Source: Octopus sinensis
Lineage: Eukaryota
Reading direction: 5' to 3'
Assembly (NCBI RefSeq): GCF_006345805.1
Contig: NC_043012.1
Location: forward strand, 8,370,001-8,434,000
Length of the DNA stretch: 64,000 bases
Both the position numbers and the translations under genes were made by a program. This document shows positions 1 to 12,312 of the stretch, in pieces (positions within the stretch are counted from its first letter, which is position 1; each line of letters begins with the position of its first letter). The notes below the pieces were generated by a model that had not been told where the DNA came from, did not search any database, and saw only the letters and a program-made list of their open reading frames with translations.

Positions 1-120
1 GTAGAAACACTGCCAAATCAGACTAGAGCCTATTGCTGCCTCCATGGCTTACCAGACCCAGGTCGAACCGTCCAACCCATGCTAGCATGGAAAACGGACG
101 TTAAATGATGATGATGATGA

Positions 121-123
<3 letters not shown>
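1..123 (+). mobile_element. SINE-like family 3, 3' part (AGGAAGGGCATCCAG core, GGACGTTAAA(TGA)n tail)
   Basis: Tail identical to other copies. Confidence 0.8.
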
Positions 124-151
<28 letters not shown>

Positions 152-155
<4 letters not shown>

Positions 156-600
156 TCGTGACTTACGACCACAATTGGCTCCAACTGACCTGTTATAATT
201 CGATTTGGTCATAAGTCAACCTATAGGCTTACATAGATTTGTTTTATATTTTTACATTCTTAAGGTACATTCTCAGGTAAAAGTCACACACATCATTCTG
301 TATTATACTACAACAGTTATTTTTTGTTCATAGAAAAGTACCAAAGAATGCAAATACAAGGAATACACAGTGTAGTGTAAGAAACAGTTGCAAAACTTAC
401 ATAAAAATTTATTGTAGACTGGTGCTTGGCTGTGGATCTTCAATGTCGCTTGATGTCATCCATAGATGGGTTAATTTCTAAGAAATTAAACCCATTAGAT
501 TTCAACTGGACCATTTATTATTGCTGCCAGGAGCTGGCACACCAATCATCGTGAAGTCGATCAGTTAGTCAGATAGGTCATAAGTCAACGATGACCTGTA
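152..600 (-). mobile_element. Tigger/pogo-like non-autonomous DNA transposon
   Basis: Imperfect TIRs taggtcgtgacttacgacc / ggtcataagtcaacgatgacctg, TA flanks; minus-strand SDIEDPQPSTSLQ* resembles a transposase C-terminal tail. Confidence 0.55.
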
Positions 601-1398
601 TATATGTACATATTGTACTGTAGTCTACTGAAGTGTACCGAAAGGGGCCAAATTGGCAGAATTCGGCTGAGTTGTGTCTTAGAATATCTCACATACATAC
701 AATAATAATATTGGGTTCAAATTTTAACACAAGGAAGGGTAAGGTGATTACATTGACCCCAGTTCTTAACTGATAGTTATTTTATCAACTCTAAAAGGAC
801 AAAAGGCCAAACTCGACCTCAGCAGAACTTGAACTCAGAACATAAAGATGAGTGAAATGTCTTAAATCATTTAGTCTGGCATGGTAACAATTCTGCTAGC
901 TTGCTGCCACCTTACCTGCAGCAACAATATTGTGATTTCAATAATTACTATTATATCTTATATTAAATATTTATTTGATAGCTGGATTTTCAGAAACAAG
1001 ATAGTCTTAGAATACATACAACACACACACACACGCACGCATGCACGTACACACACAACACACACACACACACACACACACACCAGGTGTTGCAGTATAT
1101 GTGACAGATTACACCAGGTAACTTTTATTAACTTGTTCTTCCGTTTCATAACTGTCTAGTATTGGGGGAGGAAGGGAGGGCTTTATATCATACATCACAA
1201 TACTGGAACACATATACATACACTATAACACACACACACACACACACAAACATACACACACACAAATATATCACAAATAACAGACTCTATTACTTCCGCT
1301 AAACATTAATACAAATGTACATATACTCATATTTTGAGTTCTATTTTTCCTGTTTGCATCAACATCCCTATATATATATATATAGGGATGTATAATAT

Positions 1399-1479
<81 letters not shown>

Positions 1480-1679
1480 GGGATGTGTATATATATATAT
1501 ATATATATAGGGATGTATATATAAATATATAAAACTAAAACTGGCATGCCGTTGCTTATGATGATAAGAGTTCCAGTTGATCTGATCAACAGAACAGCTT
1601 GCTTGTAAGATTAATGTGCAAGTGGCTGAGTACTCCACAGATACTTGTACCCCTTCATATACTTCTCAGCGAGGGCCTT

Positions 1680-1875
1680 CGTGCCGGTGGCACATAAAAG
1701 CACCCACTACACTCTCGGAGTGGTTGGTGTTAGGAAGGGTATCCAGCTGTAGAATCTCTGCCAGATCAAGATTGGAGTCTGGTGTAGCCATCTGGTTTGC
1801 CAGTCCTCAGTCAAATTGTCCAACCCATGCCAGCATGGAAAGTGGACGTTAAATGATGAGGATGATGATGATGAT
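1680..1875 (+). mobile_element. SINE-like family 3
   Basis: Core and (GAT)n tail. Confidence 0.8.
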
Positions 1876-1892
1876 ATATATATATTCTTTTT

Positions 1893-2290
1893 TTTCTTTT
1901 ACTTGTTTCAGTCATTTGACTGAGGCCATGCTGGAGCACCGCCTTTAGTCGAACAAATCAACCCCAGGACTTATTCTTTGTAAGCCAGTACTTATTCTAT
2001 CGGTCTTTTGATGAACTGCTAAGTTACAAGGATGTAAATACACTAACATCAGTTATCAAGCGATGGTGGTGAGACAAACACAGACACACAAACATATAGA
2101 TATATACATACATATATATATATATATATACGAAGGGCTTCTTTCAGTTTCCTTCAACCAAATCCACTCACAAAGCTTTAGTTGGCCTGAGGCTACAGTA
2201 GAAGACACTTGCCCAAGGTGCAATGCAGTGGGATTGAACCCGGAACCACATGGTAGGTAAGCAAGTTACTTACCACACAGCCATGCCAGC
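1893..2290 (-). mobile_element. SINE family 1 (tRNA-like head, central microsatellite, GAAACAAGTAAAAGAG tail)
   Basis: Near-identical to many other copies in the window. Confidence 0.85.
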
Positions 2291-2315
2291 ACCTATATAT
2301 ATATTTTCTTCTATA

Positions 2316-2719
2316 TTTTACTTGTTTCAGTCATTAGACTGTGGCCATGCTGGAGTACTGCCTTGAAGAATTTTAGTCAATCAAATCAACATCGGTAATT
2401 ATCTGTTAAGCCTAGTACTTATTCTATCAGTTTCTGTTGCTGAACTGCTTAGTCATAGCGACATAAACACACCAAAACTGGTTGTCAAGTGGCTGGTGGT
2501 AGGTAAACACAAAGGCACACACATGCACGCATGCACACACACACAAACACAGACATATATACAATGGGCTTCTTTTAGTTTCCATCTATCAAATCCATTC
2601 ATAAAGCTGTGGTTCAACAAAGGCAGAAGACTCTTGCCCCAAAATGCCATGCAGTGCAACTGAACCCAGAACCATGTGGTTGGGAAGCAAACTTCTTACC
2701 ATACAGCCACACTTGCACC
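2316..2719 (-). mobile_element. SINE family 1
   Basis: Diverged copy abutting the previous one. Confidence 0.8.
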
Positions 2720-2801
<82 letters not shown>

Positions 2802-3309
2802 TAAACAAAGTATACAGTATTATAGACCCAATCTTACTGATCGGTTTTGGATATTAGATAACTGGGCAATTAACTAATACATGTATTCTTCAAGGATGGT
2901 ACATTTGTTGGTTGCTCTCTGTTATTGGGGGGGGGGGGTGAGAAAATGTCCCTTCTGGTATGTGGGTGCTGTGAAAAAAGATGAAATTATGTTACAGGAG
3001 ACAGTTATTTTTAGGGATTTAACAAGAGTTGCTCCTTGCTCGTCACCCACGAAGCCTGAGTTCACTGTGATGCTGTAAGAGTCTGAAAGGGAAATGTCTG
3101 TGTAAAGTGGATTTAAGGGATCAGGCACACGTGTAGGGTTGTGAAGTGTATAGGGAGATTTTGAAAGGAATAATTTGCCCAAACCTTTAATACCATGTTT
3201 GGGTGCATATGTGCATGTCCATGTATGTATGTTTCGGCCAAAAATTTATGGGGTTCCAGGATGTAATGTTGGGAGGATCAATAGTGTTGATCCTACAGTT
3301 TATAATCAT

Positions 3310-4720
3310 AGTGGGGCTCATAGGTAAGCCAGCATGTGCCTTCTCTCATGTGGACATAGGCTGAAAATCTCTTTTTTTTTAGTTTACATAGATATCTGGG
3401 GACAGTGAGAATTCTTTAATATAATTCTTTCCTAAGCTAGGCATAATCTGCACTTTCTGCTACTAATAGAATAATGTTTGTACTTCTCCAAGATTTTCCA
3501 CTTGATGGTGAATAGTGAAAGAGGTGGTATGGAAGTCGCGAATGAAAGGTTTGGCGACAGGCAACCTCATCTCCAGTCTCGGGTTGGTGAGATTTTTTAT
3601 CTTCCACCATAAAAGGAAGGTGAGGCTGGAGAGAAGATGCCTGTCAAAGAAAATGTTCAAAGAAAGATCGTTGCATGTTGCAAGGATGCTGGGAATGAAA
3701 GATTCCTCGTGAACATGTCATAAGTCTGTATACAAAGATTCCAGTAGGAGAATGGGGCTCGTGGGGTCGGAGTGTAACCCATCTCTCTGCTTCATTTCAT
3801 GTTTGTATTTCGTTCTTGTTGTATCTCATTCGATTTCATTATATCTTATAAAATTTTAAAAGTCACATAATCATTGTGTGTCTGACCCCAATCAGGCTGT
3901 ATTGTCCCCCTCTATGTTTGGGCCCTTGTGGCTAATAAAGAAATTGAATATATAGTAATGTCCTTCAATGACCATATATATCAAGTCAGAGCTGCAACAT
4001 TGCCTGTTTCCTGGATATTAAAGGGAAACTGACAGTTGTTGAATCTGATTCTGAAGGGACCTTCTGTCATGTCCACATACGTCCACACATTTAACTGCCT
4101 TCTGGGGTCCTTTGAAGTTACCTCTGCCTCCCTTACAACTGTTTATCTGTTGCAGTGACTATTAAGGGGACATGGAGTTACATCTACATGAGCATCCTAC
4201 CTCTGCCTCAGGTGTGGACCTACCTAGTATATTTTCTTTACTCCAGGTGCACAACAAGAAGTAACTCTTAAGGTGTGTCTATTAAAAATTTTACGGAACT
4301 TTTTCATACAAGGAAAGTGTTTATCCACAAACCTAAAGATCTTGACCGCAAAAGTTTTTACACCAAAGAAGAAAGGGTGTGAACCACAAACCTTCCCGGT
4401 GGCGTTTTCTCTTGGAGGGGCTAGGGTCTGGTGTGTACCTCAAAACTGCTGGCAGATAGAGCCTCACCATAGAACAGGGCAGAGGAGTCAAAGATCTCTT
4501 TAGTTGAAGACATGCTGGAGACTCTTCTGCTGACTTCCTTGACTTAGTTCCTGAACATGATAGGTGGATAACAGGAAGCTGTGTTAATGTATGTCAGGCT
4601 CTCGTTTGGCTCTCTAAAGGGCCTGTAGGCACCGGATTCCAAGTTGAAGATTACATTGAGTAAATCAACTATTTTCAGATTGTTGTCTGCTGTGACCTTG
4701 AGCCCAAAGGAATTCCTGGT
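3310..4720 (-). mobile_element. Penelope-like element remnant (RT thumb + GIY-YIG endonuclease), frameshifted and interrupted
   Basis: FGLKVTADNNLKIVDLLNVIFNL..YRPFREP..YINTAS; VVREAEV..TYVDMTEGPFRIRFNN; IKWKILEK..SRKCRLCLA; EIFSLCPHERRHMLA. Confidence 0.8.
3515..3944 (+). mobile_element. 5'-truncated LINE 3' end (L1/Tx1-like) inserted into the Penelope remnant
   Basis: ORF VVWKSRMKGL..HKRKVRLERRCLSKKMFKERS*, 3' UTR ending AATAAAGAAAT, TGAATA duplicated at 3509 and 3945; the PLE sequence resumes across it. Confidence 0.55.
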
Positions 4721-4729
4721 AGGAGCGAG

Positions 4730-4887
4730 TCCTAACGATGATGGGGACAATGATGAGAACAATGTTGGGGATGATGATGATGACGACGATGATGATGGTG
4801 GTGGTGATGGTGGTTGTGGTGGTGGTGGTGGTGCTGTGGAAATGATAATGGTGGTGGTGGTGACGACGATGACGACGACGACGATGA

Positions 4888-4918
<31 letters not shown>

Positions 4919-5117
4919 AGTGGAAATGGTGGAGATGGTGGTGCTGAAAATGATGATAACGATGGCAACAACAGTGCTACTGGCATTGGTGCTGCTGCTG
5001 CTGATGATGATGATGGTGATGAAGAGGAGGAGGAAAAATGGATGCTGGTGGTTGTAGAGATGTCGGTGGCGATGGCAATGCTGACAACTATGATAATGAT
5101 GGCAACGACAATGCTGC

Positions 5118-5149
<32 letters not shown>

Positions 5150-5285
5150 ATGACGATGACAACAATGATGACAATGAGGATGATGAGGAGGAGGCAGAAG
5201 AAGATGGCGGTGTTAGTGGTGGTGATAGTAGTGGTGACAGAAGTACTGACAAGGATGATGATGATGATGATGATGATGATGGCAT
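4730..5285. repeat. Compound trinucleotide tract (GAT/GGT/GCT/GAG)n
   Basis: Direct inspection; source of the poly-D/M/H ORFs. Confidence 0.95.
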
Positions 5286-5479
5286 AACAGTGTTTAGTAA
5301 AAAAAAAAAAACCCAGAAAACATGGTTGGCTAGTTGAAAATGGAGACATATCGCAACATATATTAATATGTATACTTCATAAATAATATATTAATATTAC
5401 AGTTGTCCTGACAAGAACACTCTTGTTTGTTGCCGACACAACACAACACACCCGTATGAATATTTCCAATATAAATATT

Positions 5480-5663
5480 CTGAAAAAAAATATATTAATA
5501 TAATATAATGTAATATAATATTATAATATTAATATGATAAATATAATATAATATATATATATATATTATATATGTATATATATGTGTATATATATGTATA
5601 TATATGTATATATATATGTTATATTATATATATATATATATATATGTTTATATATATATATAT

Positions 5664-5705
<42 letters not shown>

Positions 5706-5937
5706 TATATCTATATATATTACACTTACATACATATATACATATACATATATATATATATATATATATTGTATATATATATTTATCTATCTTTATATAA
5801 TATATATAATATGTGTATATATTTATCTATCTATATCTATATATGTATACATTTCTCTATCTATATATATGTTTGTATATATATTATATACATATATACA
5901 TACATACATATATATATAAAATATGTATATATATATA
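5480..5937. repeat. (TA)n-rich compound microsatellite
   Basis: Direct inspection. Confidence 0.95.
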
Positions 5938-6120
5938 TTTCTTTACTACCCACAAGGAGCTAAACATAGAGGGGACAAACAAGGACAGACAATGGGATTA
6001 AGTTGATTACATCGATCCCAGTGCGTAACTGGTACTTAATTTATCGACCCCGAAAGGATGAAAGGCAAAGTCGACCTCGGCAGAATTTGAACTCGGAACG
6101 TAACGACAGACGAAATACAT
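5937..6120 (-). mobile_element. SINE family 2 (GCCTTTCATCCTTTCGGGGTCGAT core, CTTGTGGGTAGTAAAGAAAT tail)
   Basis: Matches copies at 50836, 51399 and 60323. Confidence 0.85.
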
Positions 6121-6936
6121 ACACACACGAAATACATACACACACACATATATATGTAAAAATGTTTTCTTTGATTGGATCTCATATGTATGTATATATA
6201 CATGTATATATACATACAGTTAAATATATGTGTGTGTGTGTGTATGTATATATATATATATAGCCATAGTTATACAAGTTTGTACATGTATATAAGCTCT
6301 TACACTCACATATTTACTCAGACACATGTACGGTTATATCTTTGCATGCATAGTTGTGCATACAAGGCTTACATCTACTTATCCACAGACACAAGTGCTC
6401 ACAACCATGCGTGTTTGAACACATGTATATAAAAATACACCCCCACCCTAACACATATATCAGTGAGCTTACTTGTCCATAAATCTATAAAAGTGACAAA
6501 TTAGCTCAGCTGTTAGATAGCTTCCCTGTTTATGTGGCATATGTTGCAGATCTTTGGAATCTGAGTTCAAGTCCAGCAGAGGTCAATATTGCTTTACATC
6601 TTTCTGTTGTTGTTGTTGGTAGCTCATTGGTGTCCAACGATGGTAAAGTCTCTGCTTTCAGTGATGAGGGCACATGTGACTCCGCAGTCCAAAGCTGCAA
6701 GCACACAGGCACCCACAGATGTCATGATGATAGTCTATTCGCCGGATTTAGATAGCTGTAGCGAGATGCAAGGTGCTGCACGGTAGAATTGAACCCAAAG
6801 CCACATGGTTGGGAAGCAAGCTTCTCAACCATAGAACCATGCCTTCACTAACTGGAACTAATTCTATCTCATTCATTTGTTTTATGTCTGTTTTTCCATG
6901 GTGACATGAGTCAGGTGGATATTTTATCAATGTTTA

Positions 6937-7354
6937 GGCGTAGGAATGGCTGTGTGGTAAGTAGCTTGCTTACCAACCACATGGTTCCGGGTTCAGTCCC
7001 ACTGCGTGGCACCTTGGGCAAGTGTCTTCTACTATAGCCTCGGATCGGCCAAAGCCTTGTGGGTGGATTGGTAGACTGAAAGAAGCACGTCGTATATATG
7101 TATATATATATATGTGTGTGTGTTTGTGTGTCTGTGTTTATCCCCACCAACATTGCTTGACAACCAATGCTGGTGTGTTTACGTCCCTGTAACTTAGCGG
7201 TTCAGCAAAAGAGAACCGATAGAATAAGTACTAGGCTTACAAAGAATAAGTCCTGGGGTCGATTTACTCGACTAAAAGCGGTGCTCCAGCATGGCCACAG
7301 TCAAATGACTGAAACAAGTAAAATAGTAAAAAAATAGTAAATAGTAAAATAGTA
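6937..7354 (+). mobile_element. SINE family 1
   Basis: A box TGGCTGTGTGGT, B box GGTTCAGTCCC, full tail. Confidence 0.9.
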
Positions 7355-7949
7355 TTGTTTCACTGCCAGATTTCCTTAACGGTTTTTCCAGTAAGGAATC
7401 TCTTTATTGATGCTAAATATTCTGACAATCAATCCAAGAGTTTCCAAAAATGCCAATGCCACTCTAGATAATATCCATACATATATTTTAATCACTCAAC
7501 ATTAATCTCCACCCTAATTCTACTTAGGTGTATTTTGAAATCATTTGATCATGTGATCAACCTAACTATTGGATGTTATTATACATCACTGATCACATTG
7601 CACTTTGTATCATTTTAGCTTTCAAATGATGCCACCCTGCTAGCTAGGCAAGCAGGCCAACATTGCCCCAGATTGGAAGGTTATTCCATCTCTGGGTTAC
7701 TAATTTACTGCTGAATGGACAGGAACAATGTGAAATGAAGTGAAGTGTTTTGCTCAAAAACACAATGTGCAGTTGGTCTGGGAATTGAACCCACAATCTC
7801 ACATTCATGAGTGCAACATACTTAACAACACTTTCACATTTTGAAATATATAAGAATAGCATTTAGGAAAGACATTAGGTAACTCTCTAAAAAGGAGTTA
7901 AGTTTGTGTGATAGGTTTCTTATTCAGTCCCAGCTTCACAATCTTTTAT

Positions 7950-8222
7950 CATCATTATCATCATCATCGTTTAACATCCGCTTTCCATGCTAGCATGGGT
8001 TGGACGATTTGACTGAGGACTGGCGAACAAGATGGCTGCACCAGGCTCCAATCTTGATTTGGCAGAGTTTCTACAGAGTGTAGTAGGTGCTTTTATGTGT
8101 CACCGGCACGAGGGCCAGTCCAGCGGCACTGACAACGACGTTGCGTGAATGTTTTTCGCATAACACCAACACAAGTGCCAGTAAGGCGACGCTGGTAACG
8201 ATCACACTCGAATGGTGCTTTT
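7950..8222 (-). mobile_element. SINE-like family 3
   Basis: (ATC)n tail at left, GGCACATAAAAGCACC motif. Confidence 0.8.
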
Positions 8223-8272
8223 TACAGTGTAATAAATCAGACATCAACATTTACAGCAGCCATTAGGGAACT

Positions 8273-8674
8273 TTTTTACTCTTTTACTTGTTTCAGTCAT
8301 TTGACTGTTGCCATGCTGGAGCACTGCCTTTAGTCGAGCAAATCGACCCCAGGACTTATTCTTTGCAAGCCTAGTACTTATTCCATTGGTCTCTTTTGCC
8401 GAACCGATAAGTTACGGGCACGTAAACACACCAGCATCGGTTGTCAAGCGATGTTGGGGGGGACAAACACACACACACAAACATACATACATATATATAC
8501 ATACATATATACGACGGGCTTCTTTCAGTTTCCGTCTACTAAATCCACTCACAAGGCTTTGGTCAGCCCGAGGCTATAGCGGAAGACACTTGCCCAAGGT
8601 GCCACGCAGTGGGACTGAACTTGGAACCATGTGGTTGGTAAGCAAGCTACTTACCACACAGCCATTCCTACGCC
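8273..8674 (-). mobile_element. SINE family 1
   Basis: Full-length; inverted relative to 6937-7354. Confidence 0.9.
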
Positions 8675-9029
8675 TCTCTAAAAAGGAGTTAAGTTTGTGC
8701 GATAGGTTTTTCATTCAGATCCAGCTTCAAAACCTTTTATGTGTGCAGTGTAGAAAATATTCCTGTAACCAACCCTGGAAGTATAGCTGACCACATGTTC
8801 TCAGTATACTTGGTGATTGATATCTTGTTGCCTTGACCTGCTGCAGTCATTATCACACCTTTCTATTCATTCTCTTATATAATTCACACACATAATTTGA
8901 GGAGTTCATAACTAACTTTCTCTGCTGGATGTTAACATTCACACACACACACACAAAAACTAATCTAGCAACAAAAAACTCTCTGTGCCACCCCAGTGTA
9001 ACTCTGGTTTCAAATGTGTGTGTGTTGGA

Positions 9030-9250
9030 GAGGCACATGGCTTGGTTAGTGTGTTGCACTCATGATTGTAAGACTGTGGTTTCGATTCCTGGATCGGGCG
9101 ATGCATTGTGTTCTTGAGCAAAACACTTCATTTCACGTTGCTCCAGTCCACTCAGCTGGCAAAAAGAAATAATCCTGTGATGGTCTAGCGTCCCATCCAG
9201 GTGGTGAATTTATATGCCATGGAAATTGGCCATTATGACTTGAGAAGGTC
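9030..9250 (+). mobile_element. Further tRNA-derived SINE (CAGCTGGCAAAA core)
   Basis: B box GGTTTCGATTCC; head shared with 7620-7840, 19630-19922, 30720-30965, 52990-53140 and 60200-60320. Confidence 0.65.
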
Positions 9251-10035
9251 ACCTTTACCTAACCGTTTAAGGTGTGTGTGTGTGTGTTTTGCTATAATTC
9301 AGTGGAAGAGAAGATACTTTGCAAAGGTATGGTTTTGTGGCTAAGAAGCTCACTTTATGAGCTCATAGACAATGGGCCATTGTCTATGTTGCAATTTAGT
9401 TATCCATAGTCTGATATGATATTTTGGAATTATATTCCTTCTTCAGATATTCTTAGATGGAGTGGCTGTTATAATCGGTTTTCTAACGGCTTTTCTTTAT
9501 ATTATTTTTTGGAAGCATCTCAGCAGTGGTCTCACGACGCTCCTTTTGGAATCTCTCATGAGAAGTGTGTGATGTTGGCCATGTCTCAATCTCATGTGCA
9601 CTGGTACATTTGTAGCGCTGCTTCTAAGTTACGTATCATACATGCAACTCTTCTTTCTTTTTCTCTTCTCTTCTTTTTTTTTTTGTTAAAAACTACACTG
9701 TAGTATATACATATATATGTATATAGATGTACATGTGTATATGGATATTGTGTGTGCGTTTTCATACATAGATCAAAAAACAAATTCCACTCGTATTCTT
9801 CTTTTATAACTTATGCTACACCTGAAACCAATCTCAAAGCAGATTTATGGTTTATATGGGATTTGGTAGCTATAAGTGATTAGTGTTAGGAAGAACATCC
9901 GGCTATAGAAACCATGCCAAAGCAGACATTACCGGTCGGTGCAATCCTCTGGCTTGTTGGTTCCTATTGAACTATCTGACCCATGCCAGCATGGAAAAAC
10001 GAACATTAAGTAATGATGATGATGATATATATATA

Positions 10036-10530
10036 TGTACTTCTCCTGCAGCTGCCTTACCAGAAATATAGCAACAGTGGTGCTTATCCCTGGCACAAAA
10101 TCAAACTGCATCTCATCTAGGCTAACTCTTTCCCTAATTAGTTGGGCTATAACACTCTCTGTAACTTTCATCACCTGATCCAACGATTTGATACCTCTGT
10201 AATTATTTCTATCTAAGGCATCACCTTTACCTTTGTAGCAGTTTACTATGGTGCTACTACACCAATCATTGGGTATGACTCCTCCATGATTTACAATACA
10301 GGTGACTAGACCATAATCCACACCACCAGATATTTTAAGCATCTCGGCAGGGATTCCTGATGGGCCAAGGGCTTTCCCTGTCTTCATATCCTTAATTGCT
10401 TTATCTACCATGGATCTGTCGATTTGGGTAGCTGGTCCATAAGTTGGGCATTTGGCAGGTTCTCCTCCTCCCATTCATTCTTCCACATTCATCAGTCTTT
10501 CATAATGGCATTTCCAAGCCTCTTTTTTTG
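10036..10530 (-). mobile_element. RTE-clade LINE, reverse transcriptase fragment
   Basis: AIKDMKTGKALGPSGIPAEMLK..VIPNDW..YKGKGDALDRNNYRGI..QFDFVPGISTTVAIFLVRQLQEKY. Confidence 0.9.
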
Positions 10531-10534
10531 AAGG

Positions 10535-10740
10535 GGTAAAGATATATATAGGGAGAGTTTACGAAAAACAAAAGACAAAGACAGGTGGTGTACAAAACAA
10601 ACAGATGTATTAGTATAACGCTCAGGAATAGAAAAAGTCTTTTACGTTTCGAGCCTACGCTCTTCTACAGAAAGGGACACAGGAAGAAACAAGGAGAGAA
10701 AAAATGTGTGTAGTGGCTAACGATCTATCATGGCGTCTGT
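10535..10740 (-). mobile_element. Penelope-like terminal-repeat fragment with hammerhead-like core
   Basis: Minus strand CTGTAGA-A-GAGC-GTAG-GCTC-GAAAC followed by a T-rich tail. Confidence 0.45.
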
Positions 10741-10746
10741 ATATAT

Positions 10747-10798
<52 letters not shown>

Positions 10799-10904
10799 TT
10801 TACAGACACATGCATGTACACAATCATCATCATCATCACTTAACATCTGTTTTTCCAATATGTGTGTGTGCAAGTGCTATGTGTGTATATACATAGAGCT
10901 ATGT

Positions 10905-11291
10905 ATATAGCTTGTGTGGTAAGAAGCTTGCTTCCCAACCACATAGTTCCGGGTTCAGTCCCATTGTGGAGCACCTTGGACAAGTGTCTTCTACAATTGC
11001 CTCGGGCCAACCAAATCCTTGTGAGTGGATTTCGTAAACAGAAACTGAAAGAAACCTGTCGTATATGTGTATGTATTTGTATGTGTGTATCTGAGTTTTC
11101 CCCTCACATCATCATTACTTGACAACCGATGTTACTGTGTTTACGTCCCCGTAACTTAGTAGTTCGGCAAAAGAGACGGATAGAATAAGTACTAAGCTTG
11201 CAAAGAATAAGTCCTGGGGTTGATTTGTGCTACATAACGTGGTGCTCCAGCTTGGTCGCAGTCAAATAACTAACACAAGTGAAAGAAATAA

Positions 11292-11292
<1 letters not shown>
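10905..11292 (+). mobile_element. SINE family 1
   Basis: Head, core and tail recognisable. Confidence 0.85.
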
Positions 11293-11337
<45 letters not shown>

Positions 11338-11669
11338 ATATATTATATATGTGTGGTGGGTGTGTGTGTGTGTGTGTGTAGTACTGTGTATACGTGTATG
11401 TTGCTATATAAGCATATATACAACAATATATATCTGTGAAGTGCTGTCTGCATGAATAGTTTATATAAGTGCGTATGTATAGTTATAAAGTGTATGTGTG
11501 TGTATATATATATATATATACTCTACCACTGGTATTTGAGTACTCTTTTTTCCACCTTGTTTCACATTTATGTGTTTACTCCGGTATATATATATATATG
11601 TACAGGGGTATGTACGTGTATATCATGCTATGCGAGTCTGTATACCTCTATGTATGTATATATATATAT

Positions 11670-11706
<37 letters not shown>

Positions 11707-11841
11707 TTGTGTATATGTGTCTATAATGGTATGAAAGTGTGTATATATGGTTATGTATGTTTGTACACATAGGGAAACTAACCTCACTCACCCCCCCTTA
11801 CTACAGTGAAGCTATCATCAAAAAGGAAAGCAGAAAGAGAG

Positions 11842-11889
<48 letters not shown>

Positions 11890-12256
11890 CGGATGGAGAG
11901 AAGAGAGAGAGAGAGAGGAGGAGAGAGACAGAGAGAACGCTGTGTGTATTGAACCTAATAAATCTGTTAGATCAATGACATATTAGTCAAGGTAATACCA
12001 CACACACCACACACACACAAATATTTGTGTGTATGTGACTGTATGTGTATGTGTGCGTGTCCATGTATGTGTCTGTACATGCCTATATCTGTGCGTGTAT
12101 GTGTGTACTGTAATATATGGCTTCTACTTAACCACTCAGCTTTTCAGGTCATTTCTCATGTGTCTTGTCAACATTTTCTCTTTCTCTCTCTCTCTATTGT
12201 GTAGTGTATGTAGTGTGTCTGTGTGTATGTATACAGTGTAGTGTATGTGTAATGTA

Positions 12257-12312
<56 letters not shown>

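Noticed and set aside
1086-1116. Possible plus-strand micro-exon ending CAG|GTAACT
   Set aside because: Too short to distinguish from chance; the upstream tract is (CA)n rather than polypyrimidine.
4644-5349. Long ORFs rich in D, M, H, S and G
   Set aside because: Translations of compound trinucleotide repeats, open in several frames on both strands, with no domain content.
7376-7463. Minus-strand exon-like peptide VALAFLETLGLIVRIFSINKEIPYWKNR*
   Set aside because: Weak acceptor, no partner exons, no recognisable homology, and opposite strand to the 9447 candidate.
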